Shown here piece by piece: positions 28,712-39,410 of a DNA stretch of 64,000 bases (position 1 is its first letter; each line of letters opens with the position of its first letter). The stretch covers positions 96,001 to 160,000 of the forward strand of contig CBDANC010000014.1 of assembly GCA_965197425.1 (NCBI GenBank), written 5' to 3'. The position numbers and the translations under genes are program-made. The notes under the pieces were generated by a model. That model saw only the letters and a list, made by a program, of their open reading frames with translations. It was not told the origin of the DNA and did not search any database. Source of the DNA: Bdellovibrionales bacterium. GTDB lineage: Bacteria; Bdellovibrionota; Bdellovibrionia; Bdellovibrionales; JAUICD01.

Positions 28712-31150
28712 GTGAACGACAATAATAATGATATGAAAGACAAAAACAAAGATAATAATAATTCTAAAGAGTTTTTACCACTATTACCTATCAGAGATAT
28801 AGTTGTATTTCCATATATGATAGTACCTTTGTTTGTTTCAAGAGAATCTTCTGCGAAAGCTATAAAAGAAGCCCTGGCAGGAAGCAGAGCTATATTTTTG
28901 ACAGCACAAAAAAAAGTAACAGACGAACAAATTCCAAAACCAGAGTCACTATATACAACAGGTATAATTGCAACGGTTATGCGTACAAGACAACTAGCAG
29001 ATGGGCGTGTAAAGGTATTGGTTCAAGGTGTTTCAAAAGCTAGAATTAAAAGCTTTGATAACAAAGAAGGTTGCATGATGGTTGAGGTAGAAACATCTAT
29101 CGAAACAGAAGTAGATCATATGGAAACCCAACCTTTAATAAGAAACATCAAAGATCAAGTAAACGAAATAATAGCTTATGGAAAAGTAATTTCCCCTGAC
29201 ATACTTAATATACTTGAAGATCTAAAAGCTGAGCCAAACAAAATAGCAGATATAGTCGCTAGTAATATATCTTTAAAAATTTCAGATGCTCAAAAGGTGT
29301 TGGAATCAGATAGTGCTGTAGAAAAACTAAAAATAGTCTGTGAGTATTTAAGTAAAGAGTTAGAAGCTTTGAAAATGCAAATCAAAATTAAAAATACTGC
29401 TAAAGATGAGATTAACAAATCACAGAAAGAATACTTCTTAAGAGAACAGTTAAGAGCGATAAAAAGTGAGCTTGGAGAAGCTGACTCTAAAAGCGAAGAA
29501 ATCAGTGAGCTAAGAGAAAGGGGTATGAAGGCAGGTATGCCTACTGAGGTTAAAAAAGAATTTTCAAAACAACTAAGTAGACTTGAAAAAATGCATCCAG
29601 AAGCCAGTGAGGCATCCATAGTTAGAAACTATGTAGAATGGATAGTAGATCTTCCTTGGGCTAAAAAGAGTGTTGATAACCTAGACATTAAACATGCAAG
29701 AAAAGTTTTAGATCAAGATCACTACGACATAAATAAAGTCAAAGAAAGAATACTAGAATTTTTAGCAGTAAGAAAACTAACAAACAAAGCAAAGGGCCCT
29801 ATATTGTGCTTTGTAGGCCCTCCTGGTGTAGGAAAAACTTCATTAGGAAATAGCATTGCTAGGGCGATGGGAAGAAAATATCATAGAATAGCTTTAGGTG
29901 GTGTTAAGGATGAGGCAGAGATCAGAGGCCACAGAAGAACTTATGTTGGAGCTATGCCTGGTAAGATAATACAAGCCCTAAAAACTACAGGCACTAGAAA
30001 CCCCGTTTTAGTACTAGATGAAATAGATAAACTTGGAAATGATTATAAAGGAGACCCTAGTTCAGCTCTTTTAGAAGTTTTGGATGCAGAACAAAATCAT
30101 ACCTTCAGAGATCATTATCTTAACTTAGACTTTGATCTTAGCAATGTGTTGTTTTTAGCCACCGCAAATGTTGTAGAAAATATTCCAGCTCCCCTAAAAG
30201 ACAGAATGGAAATAATCAATTTAAGTGGTTACACTGAACATGAAAAGTTCATAATAGCCAAAAAGTATTTAATCAAACACCAACTTGTGTTTAATGGGCT
30301 TACAGATAAACAAATAGAATTTACTGATGATGGTATTCAATCTGTTATTTCAAATTACACTAGAGAAGCTGGCCTGAGGAATTTAACCCGTGAATTAGGT
30401 GGGGTTTGTAGAAAAATAGCAACAAAAGTTGTAATGGGAGAAAATAAAGACAAATTTATTGTAACTTCAGATAGGGTAGAAGAACTACTTGGCCCTGCTA
30501 AGTTTTTAAGAGACGAATTAGATCATGAACACGGAATAGGTGTTGCAACAGGATTGGCCTGGACGTCTGTAGGCGGTGAAATACTACACATAGAAGCAGT
30601 AGCAATGAAAGGTAAGGGAAAAATAACTCTGACCGGACAACTAGGAGATGTTATGAAGGAATCAGCTCAGGCAGCACTTGGATACGCAAAGGCTAATGTT
30701 TCTGAGCTTGGAATTAAACCAGAATGGTTCGAAAATCATGATATTCACTTACATATCCCAGCAGGAGCAACCCCAAAAGATGGGCCATCAGCTGGTGTAA
30801 CCATTATAACTGCAATAGTTTCTCTTATCACTAGAAGACCAACCAAAACTAATATATCAATGACCGGAGAGATCACCCTCACAGGCAGAGTCCTTCAAAT
30901 TGGAGGATTAAAGGATAAAGCACTTGCGGCTCTAAGACATGGTTGCAAAAATGTAATAATACCAATACAAAATTCTAAAGACTTAATAGATATCCCTGAT
31001 GAATTTAGAGATAAGTTAAATTTTATGCCTGTTAAGTCAGTAGATGAAGTTTTAAAAGTTGCCCTAGAAAAAGACCCAATAGAACAAGAAATAAAAAATG
31101 TAGTTGAACTAAACGGGGCTAAAACTGATCTAATTGTAAACAACGCTTAA
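28712..31150 (+). CDS. lon: ATP-dependent protease La
   Basis: LPLLPIRD N-domain, GPPGVGKTS, LDEIDK and PKDGPSAG catalytic Ser. Confidence 0.98.
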   Translation: MNDNNNDMKDKNKDNNNSKEFLPLLPIRDIVVFPYMIVPLFVSRESSAKAIKEALAGSRAIFLTAQKKVTDEQIPKPESLYTTGIIATVMRTRQLADGRVKVLVQGVSKARIKSFDNKEGCMMVEVETSIETEVDHMETQPLIRNIKDQVNEIIAYGKVISPDILNILEDLKAEPNKIADIVASNISLKISDAQKVLESDSAVEKLKIVCEYLSKELEALKMQIKIKNTAKDEINKSQKEYFLREQLRAIKSELGEADSKSEEISELRERGMKAGMPTEVKKEFSKQLSRLEKMHPEASEASIVRNYVEWIVDLPWAKKSVDNLDIKHARKVLDQDHYDINKVKERILEFLAVRKLTNKAKGPILCFVGPPGVGKTSLGNSIARAMGRKYHRIALGGVKDEAEIRGHRRTYVGAMPGKIIQALKTTGTRNPVLVLDEIDKLGNDYKGDPSSALLEVLDAEQNHTFRDHYLNLDFDLSNVLFLATANVVENIPAPLKDRMEIINLSGYTEHEKFIIAKKYLIKHQLVFNGLTDKQIEFTDDGIQSVISNYTREAGLRNLTRELGGVCRKIATKVVMGENKDKFIVTSDRVEELLGPAKFLRDELDHEHGIGVATGLAWTSVGGEILHIEAVAMKGKGKITLTGQLGDVMKESAQAALGYAKANVSELGIKPEWFENHDIHLHIPAGATPKDGPSAGVTIITAIVSLITRRPTKTNISMTGEITLTGRVLQIGGLKDKALAALRHGCKNVIIPIQNSKDLIDIPDEFRDKLNFMPVKSVDEVLKVALEKDPIEQEIKNVVELNGAKTDLIVNNA

Positions 31151-31291
31151 AACTAAACAATCGTTCACAAGCATTACAAGATAATCGAACGACAATCCAA
31201 TTTTTATAAGCTACACTGCAGTGTAAAAATTATCTGTGGGTGAACATCTATGGTGATTAAGTGTTGCTAGTTGTGTTCTTTCATTTAATAC

Positions 31292-31320
31292 TTGCAATAC
31301 TTAAGATTATAATTTATACT
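31292..31320 (+). promoter_or_regulatory. Putative sigma70 promoter preceding a ~140-nt leader
   Basis: TTGCAA-N17-TATACT. Confidence 0.5.
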
Positions 31321-31466
31321 TATCGTACCCATAGCTTGGAATGCTGGCCGTCTATCTTAGGGCCCGAGCAGAATACCTGGATCCAGCAAGAAACAGAGAT
31401 TTCTTTAGATGTAAGTTGATCATGCAAGTGCTATAACGTTAGCACAGGTGTGGCGATTAGGTTGTT

Positions 31467-32555
31467 ATGAAAGAGCGTATATTATTATTTGTCTTTTTAG
31501 TTGTAAGTGCTGCTGAGGTTCGTGCACAAGAAGTGGTGGGAAAGCAAAAACTGTTTGTTTTTCCAGATGAAATTAAGGAAAGCTCCGGTCTTTCCATTAG
31601 CAGGAACAATCCAGGAATTTTCTGGACTCATAATGACTCGGGAAATGATCCAATAGTTTATGGTATAAATCCTGAGTCTGGTATTGTAGCAAAAATACAT
31701 CTGTTAGGAGTAGAAGGTAGAGATTTAGAGGATATGGCATTAGCTCCTTGTTCCCTTGAAACACCCACAAAATATTGCTTATTTATAGCTGACATAGGAG
31801 ATAACTTACATGCCAGAGGTACTAGAGATTTAGACTATCCAAAAGTTTATATAGTAGAAGAACCAACCCTAAATGATGATTCGAATGCAGTAGAAGTATA
31901 CGATGTGGAACCTAAGGTACTAAGAATATACTATAGTGATAACAAATCTTATGATGCAGAGGCTTTTGCCATAACAGAAGATTTAGATTTGCTGATAATA
32001 ACTAAAGGTAATGATGGAGAAGGTTTGGCTAAGCTTTATCGACTTCGCTACGATAAATGGAGAGATAATTATGATACTCCCGAACCACTGCTTATGGACT
32101 ATGAAGATAGTTTGTTTAGAGTTAAATCAAAACTTAATAGGGTCACCGCCGCCACTTACCTAGATGGTGTTTTGGCGGTTAGAACATACCAATCTATTTA
32201 CTTCTTTAACATGATTAGTAACAACCGCGTAGTTGCATCACCTTCAGTTGATGTCTCGGGTAACGCGATAATGATTGACCTAACTACTACAGATTGGGTT
32301 CAAAGTAGACCCCCATGCAACATTCTGGATTTAGCTTTAGGTGCAGAGGCACTAGATATGGATCATGAAATGCTATATATATCAAGTGAGAATATGGAAG
32401 ATGCAAGAAACGTTTGGAGAAGAAGGCTGGCTCGTTTGTTAGGAAATTCAGGGACTATCTTTCAACTTGAATGTAGGCAACACAACCCGAATGATACACT
32501 AAGTTATCTTATGGCTTCTCTAAGATATATAGGGCCTCTTGTCATATTGCCATAA
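31467..32555 (+). CDS. Secreted beta-propeller-like hypothetical protein
   Basis: Signal peptide; ESSGL..WTHNDSG, DLEDMA, IADIGDN and DAEAF repeats typical of propeller proteins. Confidence 0.65.
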   Translation: MKERILLFVFLVVSAAEVRAQEVVGKQKLFVFPDEIKESSGLSISRNNPGIFWTHNDSGNDPIVYGINPESGIVAKIHLLGVEGRDLEDMALAPCSLETPTKYCLFIADIGDNLHARGTRDLDYPKVYIVEEPTLNDDSNAVEVYDVEPKVLRIYYSDNKSYDAEAFAITEDLDLLIITKGNDGEGLAKLYRLRYDKWRDNYDTPEPLLMDYEDSLFRVKSKLNRVTAATYLDGVLAVRTYQSIYFFNMISNNRVVASPSVDVSGNAIMIDLTTTDWVQSRPPCNILDLALGAEALDMDHEMLYISSENMEDARNVWRRRLARLLGNSGTIFQLECRQHNPNDTLSYLMASLRYIGPLVILP

Positions 32556-32608
32556 CCTCGCAACAATACTTTACACACATCAGGTAAGTAAAAAAACAAC
32601 ACTCCAGG

Positions 32609-33613
32609 TTACTTTATAGCTTCTCTAATATACGCAGAGGCTGTGTCCATAATCCAAACTGCAATTACAATCAAGATGGCTAAAGTTCCAACCTCTCTCC
32701 ACAAAGCTTGGCCTTGATACTGAATTAACATAGTACCAATACCACCACCTCCTACTAAACCAATGATGGTTGCCATCCTGACATTAATATCCCACCTATA
32801 TATAGTAAAAGAAATATATGGCAACACTATCTGTGGTACTACAGCGAACCATACAACTTGCATTCTAGAAGCTCCTGTGGACTGTATTCCTTCAATGGGA
32901 CCATCGTTCACACACTCTATGAACTCACTGTATTGTTTTGCCAACGAAGCAACAGAATGAATCATCAATGCCATCATTCCTGCAAAAGGCCCGATACCAA
33001 CCCAGACGGTAAAAATAATAGCCCAAATTAAAGGTTCAATAGATCTTACTATGTTTAACAATGCTCTCAACAAAATGTATACTACAAATCCAATCGGACC
33101 AGTGGCCATGATGTTTTTTGCACAAACAAAGCTTAGCATAAAGGCCATAGGTACAGCAATTATAGTTGCCATAAATGCTATTGCTATGGTCTCAAAAATA
33201 GAGTTTACGCCCTCTGGTAAAACCGAAAACTCAGGGTTAAATAAACTCTTTAAAATTTTAACTGCACCACTTAAACCATCAGGATCCGTCAGCTCATATA
33301 TACTAAAATTGGTTACTTTGATCCCAATAATAAAAGTTACTGAGAACAAAACAAACAATTGAGCCCCATAGAAGGTCATATACCAAGGAATAGCGGCAAA
33401 CCTGGCTTTCTTATAGGGTGGATCAAATATATACCTACCCAAAGATTTTATTTTAATTTTTGAAAGCAAAACACTGACACAAAACCCCAAAGCCAAACAC
33501 ACCACTGCTAAGGTGACATTTGTACTAAAGTTCTCACTTGAAACTCCACCGACATATAGGCTTACTAAAATTAGATAACCTAAGGTGATGGAATCAAATA
33601 GCCTAGCTTTCAA
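32609..33613 (-). CDS. phnE: Phosphonate/phosphate ABC transporter permease
   Basis: RSIEPLIWA, GPFAG and YRWDINVRMATIIGLVGGGGIG. Confidence 0.9.
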   Translation of the reverse strand: MKARLFDSITLGYLILVSLYVGGVSSENFSTNVTLAVVCLALGFCVSVLLSKIKIKSLGRYIFDPPYKKARFAAIPWYMTFYGAQLFVLFSVTFIIGIKVTNFSIYELTDPDGLSGAVKILKSLFNPEFSVLPEGVNSIFETIAIAFMATIIAVPMAFMLSFVCAKNIMATGPIGFVVYILLRALLNIVRSIEPLIWAIIFTVWVGIGPFAGMMALMIHSVASLAKQYSEFIECVNDGPIEGIQSTGASRMQVVWFAVVPQIVLPYISFTIYRWDINVRMATIIGLVGGGGIGTMLIQYQGQALWREVGTLAILIVIAVWIMDTASAYIREAIK

Positions 33614-34377
33614 TTAACATGCACCTCTTTTGAATTTTCGCCATATATTTTCTTAAACCAACTTTCATCGATTTCACTTGGATGACCATTATAAACAATG
33701 CTACCTGCATTTAATGCTATAACTCTGGTAGCATATTTTCTTACAAGACTTAAAAAATGTAAGTTGCATATAATGGTTATACCCAGCTCTCTGTTTACTT
33801 TTTCTAGATAATCCATAACAACGTGGCAGGTTGCAGGATCGAGGCTTGCCACAGGTTCATCTGCTAACAAGATTTCAGGGCTTTGCATAAGTGCTCTTGC
33901 TATTGCAACTCTTTGCTGTTGTCCACCTGAAAGTTGATCAACCCTAATATGAGCTTTTTCGTTTATACCAACCAACTGTAAATACTCCAGTGCGTCTTTT
34001 TTAGTTTGTAGTGGAAAAAGCCCCAAAATACTTTTTATACTATCAGTTACTGCCAATCTTCCCATAAGAACATTGCTAATTACAGTATGCCTATCTATTA
34101 AATTAAAGTGCTGAAAAATCATGGCCATTTTTGTTCTGATTTTTTTAACTGATCTAGAATCTAAATGTGTTATGTCTTCATTTTTAAAGACAATTTTTCC
34201 ACCGGTAGGCTCTTGTAAGTGGTTAAGACATTTAAGTAAGGTAGATTTACCAGAACCACTAAGGCCAATTATCACCAGAAACTCACCTTTCTTTACGTCA
34301 AAGCTAACTTTCTTTAAAGCCTCTACTCCGTTAGGGTAAGTCTTCTTCAATCCCTCTACGGACAGTATAGGTTCCAT
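33610..34377 (-). CDS. phnC: Phosphonate ABC transporter ATP-binding protein
   Basis: GLSGSGKST, LSGGQQQRVAIARAL, LADEPVASLDP and NLH. Confidence 0.92.
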   Translation of the reverse strand: MEPILSVEGLKKTYPNGVEALKKVSFDVKKGEFLVIIGLSGSGKSTLLKCLNHLQEPTGGKIVFKNEDITHLDSRSVKKIRTKMAMIFQHFNLIDRHTVISNVLMGRLAVTDSIKSILGLFPLQTKKDALEYLQLVGINEKAHIRVDQLSGGQQQRVAIARALMQSPEILLADEPVASLDPATCHVVMDYLEKVNRELGITIICNLHFLSLVRKYATRVIALNAGSIVYNGHPSEIDESWFKKIYGENSKEVHVN

Positions 34378-34387
34378 GTACTTTTCC

Positions 34388-35314
34388 TTAGTCTTTTTTA
34401 ACTAGTTCAAAGGCACTTGCTCCAAGTTCTTTGAGCATGTCTCTTACAGGATCGTAGCTAGCATCGGTACTCTTTATAAAGTCATCTCCACCATAGAGAT
34501 CTTTAAACACAGATTTACCCTCTTCAGTTTTCACATAATTTAAAAGTGAATCCACAATTTTGGTTTTCATTTCATCAGGCATAGCCGCTCTAAATATCAC
34601 AGGATCATTTGGAATAGAACTTGTCAGTTCAACTATTTTAACTTCTTCCTCTATTTTTGGATATTGAGTAAGCACAAGCCTTCTGGCATCGTTTATTTTA
34701 TCTCCTACCGGCGGAGAGTAAAATGTTGCTCCAGCATCTACTTGCTTTTGGTAAACCATGGTGATCACATTGTCATGTTTTCTTGCAAAGACAGTCTCTT
34801 CGGGTACTATTTTCTTTTCCTTAAACAGCTTTGCAGGCAAGAGATAACCCGAGGTTGAAGCAGGATCAACATAGGCAAATTTTTTACCATTAATATCTTC
34901 TAGTTTATTTATATCACTATCGGCTCTAGCTACTATTTGAGCCTTATAATCTGTTTTTCCGTGCCTGGTTAAAGTCATCATAGCATTCACACCATATTTT
35001 TCGTGAGCCATTATATAACCAAAAGTATTTATAACAGCCACATCCACACGCTTGGTTCCAAAAGCCTCAACCACAGCAACATAACTAGAAGGAACAGCAA
35101 ATTTATACTTATAAGGAGTGTTACTTTCTAAAAACGCTTTCACCTCTCCAGTTCGACTTGCTATGAGTTTTGCATCAACCGAGGGCAAAAACATAAACTT
35201 TATCGGATTATCATCACTGCCCAATGGGGCTCTCTTTCTGGTACAAGATAAGGAAAGAACAGAAGATATTAACAATAAACAGAGTGAAAAACGACGAACA
35301 AAAGCTGGAAACAT
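34388..35314 (-). CDS. phnD: Phosphate/phosphite/phosphonate-binding lipoprotein
   Basis: DPASTSGYLLP, HD and IPND motifs; GAGGTG SD before ATG 35314. Confidence 0.88.
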   Translation of the reverse strand: MFPAFVRRFSLCLLLISSVLSLSCTRKRAPLGSDDNPIKFMFLPSVDAKLIASRTGEVKAFLESNTPYKYKFAVPSSYVAVVEAFGTKRVDVAVINTFGYIMAHEKYGVNAMMTLTRHGKTDYKAQIVARADSDINKLEDINGKKFAYVDPASTSGYLLPAKLFKEKKIVPEETVFARKHDNVITMVYQKQVDAGATFYSPPVGDKINDARRLVLTQYPKIEEEVKIVELTSSIPNDPVIFRAAMPDEMKTKIVDSLLNYVKTEEGKSVFKDLYGGDDFIKSTDASYDPVRDMLKELGASAFELVKKD

Positions 35315-35384
35315 ACACAGCACCTCAACCGACCTAAGACCTAGCATAAGCCTTTATTTATTGCAAAAAGAAATTATGCGTAAA

Positions 35385-36098
35385 TTAGTGGCAAAATGAT
35401 TTAATTCTAGGGGTATTAATACCTGGCTCTGGTTTTCTTCCGGAATGGACACTGTCAAAGAATACCATTTGTACATGTGGGGCATCGGCTTTTACAAGGT
35501 GAATATTTTCAGGCTCATTTTCAAAAAACCATATTGTGTCATAGTCAGGATCTGTGCTAGTAACTATGTCCCTTTTAAACTCCGAGTCGTTGATTTCTTT
35601 ATTTGGTTTCATAACTAGTTTTTCTAGGGGGTTTAACAAGAATCTCTCTTTTTTTAATCTAGCTTCTGTCCCCTCTTTCATTCTTATTTCATCTCTTCCG
35701 GTTAAGTACATCACTTCTATGTTGTGGTTTAGCAGACTGCTGATAAACTCATATGCACCTGAGGTTAAGGTGTCATAGTCCAGATAGTCGTTACTAAAAA
35801 AATGTTGCTTCCAAAATAAAATAAGTTCTGTTTTAAGTTGTACAGATTCTATTCCTATTGCATCCAGAGTATCTTTTATGTGAAAAATCACAGGTAGCCC
35901 TTCAAGATCTGATATTTTTCTAAAATCTTCAGGGTAGGTATCTTTGTTCTCAAAATTTTTAGCAAAGTCTTTGATTATTTGAAATGTTCTAGGTGTTACA
36001 TCAAACAAGGTGGAATCTAAGTCAAATATAGCGAGACCCTTTTTTGACTTACTTGCTTTTTCTATTATTTGTAACAGTTCTTGTCTTTCAGGATTCAT
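35385..36098 (-). CDS. HAD-superfamily (class B acid phosphatase-like) hydrolase
   Basis: IFDLDSTLFD, YLTGR and FK motifs. Confidence 0.75.
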   Translation of the reverse strand: MNPERQELLQIIEKASKSKKGLAIFDLDSTLFDVTPRTFQIIKDFAKNFENKDTYPEDFRKISDLEGLPVIFHIKDTLDAIGIESVQLKTELILFWKQHFFSNDYLDYDTLTSGAYEFISSLLNHNIEVMYLTGRDEIRMKEGTEARLKKERFLLNPLEKLVMKPNKEINDSEFKRDIVTSTDPDYDTIWFFENEPENIHLVKADAPHVQMVFFDSVHSGRKPEPGINTPRIKSFCH

Positions 36099-36118
36099 AT
36101 GGATCTAGATATTAAAGC

Positions 36119-36898
36119 CTACTTATCAGGAGTCAATCCCTCACCTTTTGTAATGAGGTTTTTTAGCCATTCAAGTAAACTTTCATACCAAGGTGGTACA
36201 TGTGTTCTTGGCTCAGCTCCACTTTTTATCAAAAATTTGATATATTTGTGCATGGAGCTTTTGCTTTCTTTGTCATGAAAAAATCTGACTCCATGTTTTC
36301 CGTCATAGTTATGTACTATGTCAAAGTTTACATTAAATTCAAATTCGCCATCTTTGAAATGTAAGACTAATGTTTCAAAGCTATCCAACTTTTTCTGTTT
36401 TGAATCTAGCCTAGCCCCTGTTAGGGATATATTCTCTATTACACAATCTATGATAGTGTCCGTGTCAGCTTTGATCTGTGCTTTGGTTTTTACTTTGTAT
36501 CTTTGTTTTTGCTCCCACCACCTGATATTTTTATCATAGTAAACTCTAGATACTGAAGGAACAAAGAAGTAAGACACAAAACCTACATTTATAAGGCTTA
36601 ATATAAGAAAAATATTAAAGCTTGCATCAGTAGGGTGCGCATTGTGTTCTATAATATTACACGCTACAACTATTATTATAGCAGATATGAACACATAGTA
36701 ACTCCACCTTTTAGTAATATAAATGGCAGCACCTGCGATGGGCAGTAAAACAAACCTAGCAATAACCACATAATAAGTACCTTTATACTCGCCCATGGTC
36801 AGGCCAAACATATAAGCCGAAAGCAGATGATAAAAAATAGGAATTATCAACGCATGGATAAATGCCATTATAACTATTGGCCACGGTCTTCTAACCAT
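36119..36898 (-). CDS. Membrane protein with C-terminal PilZ domain
   Basis: Four TM helices, then RWWEQKQRY and NISLTGA (RxxxR-like and D/NxSxxG). Confidence 0.8.
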   Translation of the reverse strand: MVRRPWPIVIMAFIHALIIPIFYHLLSAYMFGLTMGEYKGTYYVVIARFVLLPIAGAAIYITKRWSYYVFISAIIIVVACNIIEHNAHPTDASFNIFLILSLINVGFVSYFFVPSVSRVYYDKNIRWWEQKQRYKVKTKAQIKADTDTIIDCVIENISLTGARLDSKQKKLDSFETLVLHFKDGEFEFNVNFDIVHNYDGKHGVRFFHDKESKSSMHKYIKFLIKSGAEPRTHVPPWYESLLEWLKNLITKGEGLTPDK

Positions 36899-36924
36899 TT
36901 AAATATTCCCGCTATTTGTTTAAC

Positions 36925-36951
36925 TATTCGACATACATTCCATCATGCTTA
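36925..36951 (-). promoter_or_regulatory. Putative sigma28-type promoter of the PilZ gene
   Basis: Minus strand reads TAAG-N15-GTCGAATA. Confidence 0.4.
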
Positions 36952-37156
36952 CTAAATAGTACTCCCATAACACTACCCATACATCGCACACTAGCAGTTA
37001 CAACTAGCCTTAGGGTAGGATACAAATTAATCCGCACCAATACAAGCTAAATGTTGGTTATAAGGTATCAAGATGGTAGGGTCCTGAGTGGTGTTGGGAC
37101 ACTGGCTATGAAGATGAAGAAAAAGAAGGGTTTCTCTGATTTTTGAATCAGGGAAA

Positions 37157-37213
37157 TTACACCAAGACGACATAGATGCTTTTAATGAACTATACAACAT
37201 AGAAGGAGACTAA
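37157..37213 (+). pseudogene. 3' remnant of a third matrixin-lipoprotein paralog
   Basis: Encodes LHQDDIDAFNELYNIEGD*, matching the C-termini of both downstream paralogs; in-frame TGA at 37115 and no start codon. Confidence 0.85.
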
Positions 37214-37418
37214 CCATAAAAATCAAGATTATAAATACATAACCTAAAAACCAAAACACATTCTAACATTAAAGCTATTAAATTATAGGCACCCATCACA
37301 AGTGCTAATGACTAATATATAGACATATTCATAATACACACGCACCAATGTAAGTAGCATGTACAAACATGAGTTGTTTTTTTATAAATGTGTGTATTAA
37401 ATAACATATAAAAGCAAC

Positions 37419-38402
37419 ATGAAAACTATAAAAGCAAATACCATTTTATTGGCACTAACCACACTCTCTGTTGTGAGTATATCTTGCACATATATAAAAC
37501 ATATTGCTAGTTCAGATAGAGGTGTTACTTCGTACAAAGCATCAGGGTTGTCCAATGAACAGTTGGAAGGAAGCTCTATTGAAAGTGCACCTGGGGTAAT
37601 AAAAAATTGGTTAGGTGATTCAGTTTCAGATTTGGCTAATGAAAATGTAACCTGGAGTTTTCAAAGAAGCGGGCAAGATGACATTGTTATAGATGTTGAA
37701 GTTACAGACTCTGAAGCAACTAAAGGCAATACAGGCACACAAGACAATAATGACAGGCCCGATTATGTGTATAGGCCTCTACACATGCATATAGATGATA
37801 GCATTCGGGAACATAGGCTTGGGAACTATTTTGTAAATATGATACATAGATCTGCTGAAATTTGGGAAAAAAATATTGGCAAAAGACTATTTAGAATACG
37901 AAACTATAGCGGACACACACTCGAAGGAGATCTCGCAAAACATGATGGAATATCAAACATTTATTATGAGTACTTAGAAAAAGAAGAATATAGAGTCAGG
38001 CTTGGACACGTGACTAATAAAAGAATCGATACAGATATAAAATCATTGATTTTTAATTTTAAGAAAAACAAAAGAATTATTGAAGCTGATATAGTGATGA
38101 ATGGAAATAAACTTGAAGCAAACCCATTATGTTTGCAGGCAATCAGACTAACCGATGTAAATTACCTGTACTTTCTTAGTAAGGAAGACAAGTGTACAGT
38201 TGCTTACTTTATGGCAGTAATGGCACATGAACTAGGGCATGTCCTGCTGCTTGGGCATATCACAAATATTCACAGTGCTATGATGAGCCCTCAACGTGCA
38301 TCAGAGTTGCTTCATCGTATTAAGAGTTTTTTTGATAAAGAACTACTGCACCAATGCGATATAGATGCTTTTAATGAATTCTACAACGTAGAAGAAGACT
38401 AA
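37419..38402 (+). CDS. Putative lipoprotein with matrixin-like (metzincin) zinc protease domain, paralog 1
   Basis: Signal ending SISC; EADIVMN, HELGHVLLLGH and SAM Met-turn. Confidence 0.75.
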   Translation: MKTIKANTILLALTTLSVVSISCTYIKHIASSDRGVTSYKASGLSNEQLEGSSIESAPGVIKNWLGDSVSDLANENVTWSFQRSGQDDIVIDVEVTDSEATKGNTGTQDNNDRPDYVYRPLHMHIDDSIREHRLGNYFVNMIHRSAEIWEKNIGKRLFRIRNYSGHTLEGDLAKHDGISNIYYEYLEKEEYRVRLGHVTNKRIDTDIKSLIFNFKKNKRIIEADIVMNGNKLEANPLCLQAIRLTDVNYLYFLSKEDKCTVAYFMAVMAHELGHVLLLGHITNIHSAMMSPQRASELLHRIKSFFDKELLHQCDIDAFNEFYNVEED

Positions 38403-38435
38403 ATATAAAAAAATATATCATCTAAACAAAGCAAC

Positions 38436-39410
38436 ATGAAAACTATAAGAACAAATACTATTTTATTAACACTAACCACACTCTCTGTTGTGAGTATATC
38501 TTGTACATACATAAAACACATTGCTAATTCAAATAGAGGTGTTGCTTCGTACAAAGTATTAGGGTTATCCAATGAGCAGTTGGAGGGAAGTTCTATTGAG
38601 AATGCACCTGAGATAATAAAAAATTGGTTAAGTAATTCAATGTCAAATCTAGCTAATGAAAATATAGCTTGGAGTTTACGAAGGAGTGGAGAAGATAATA
38701 TTGTTATAGATGTTGAAGTTACAGATTTTGAAAAAACTAAAGACAGTACAGATACACAAGGCAACGAAGATGAGTCCGATTATGTGTACAGGCCCCTATC
38801 CATGTTTATACACAGAAGCATTCGTCAACACAGGTTGGGAAACTACTTTGTAAATATGATATACAAATCTGCAAATCTTTGGGAAAAAAATACTGGGAGA
38901 AAGCTATTTGAAATATATAACATAGAACACCCAGACATTAACACCTCTCGTTCAAAGAAGGATGGTACATCAAGCATTTACTACAAATATCCAGAAGAAG
39001 AAAGTAAGGAATATGCAAAATCTTTTTGGAGATCTAGGATAGATATAAAATCGTTGGTTTTTAATTTTAAAATCAATAAAAGAGTTATTGAAGCTGATAT
39101 AATGCTGAATGGAAACTTGCTTGAAGAACACCCAGGGTGTATAGGTGAAATTAGATCAACAGATTTAAGTTACCTTTATCCTCTTAGTAAAGAAGACAGA
39201 TGTACAATTGCCTACTTTATGGGAATAATGACACACGAATTAGGACACATCTTACTCCTTGATCATATTATAAATGCTAACAGCGCCATGGCGGATCCTA
39301 TATATGCACTAGATTTGCTTAATCGTATCAAGGATTTTTTTGATAAGAAACTACTACACCAAGACGACATAGATGCTTTTAATGAAAAACACAACATAGA
39401 AGAAGATTAA
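38436..39410 (+). CDS. Putative lipoprotein with matrixin-like zinc protease domain, paralog 2
   Basis: Closely similar N-terminus to paralog 1; HELGHILLLDH and SAM. Confidence 0.75.
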   Translation: MKTIRTNTILLTLTTLSVVSISCTYIKHIANSNRGVASYKVLGLSNEQLEGSSIENAPEIIKNWLSNSMSNLANENIAWSLRRSGEDNIVIDVEVTDFEKTKDSTDTQGNEDESDYVYRPLSMFIHRSIRQHRLGNYFVNMIYKSANLWEKNTGRKLFEIYNIEHPDINTSRSKKDGTSSIYYKYPEEESKEYAKSFWRSRIDIKSLVFNFKINKRVIEADIMLNGNLLEEHPGCIGEIRSTDLSYLYPLSKEDRCTIAYFMGIMTHELGHILLLDHIINANSAMADPIYALDLLNRIKDFFDKKLLHQDDIDAFNEKHNIEED

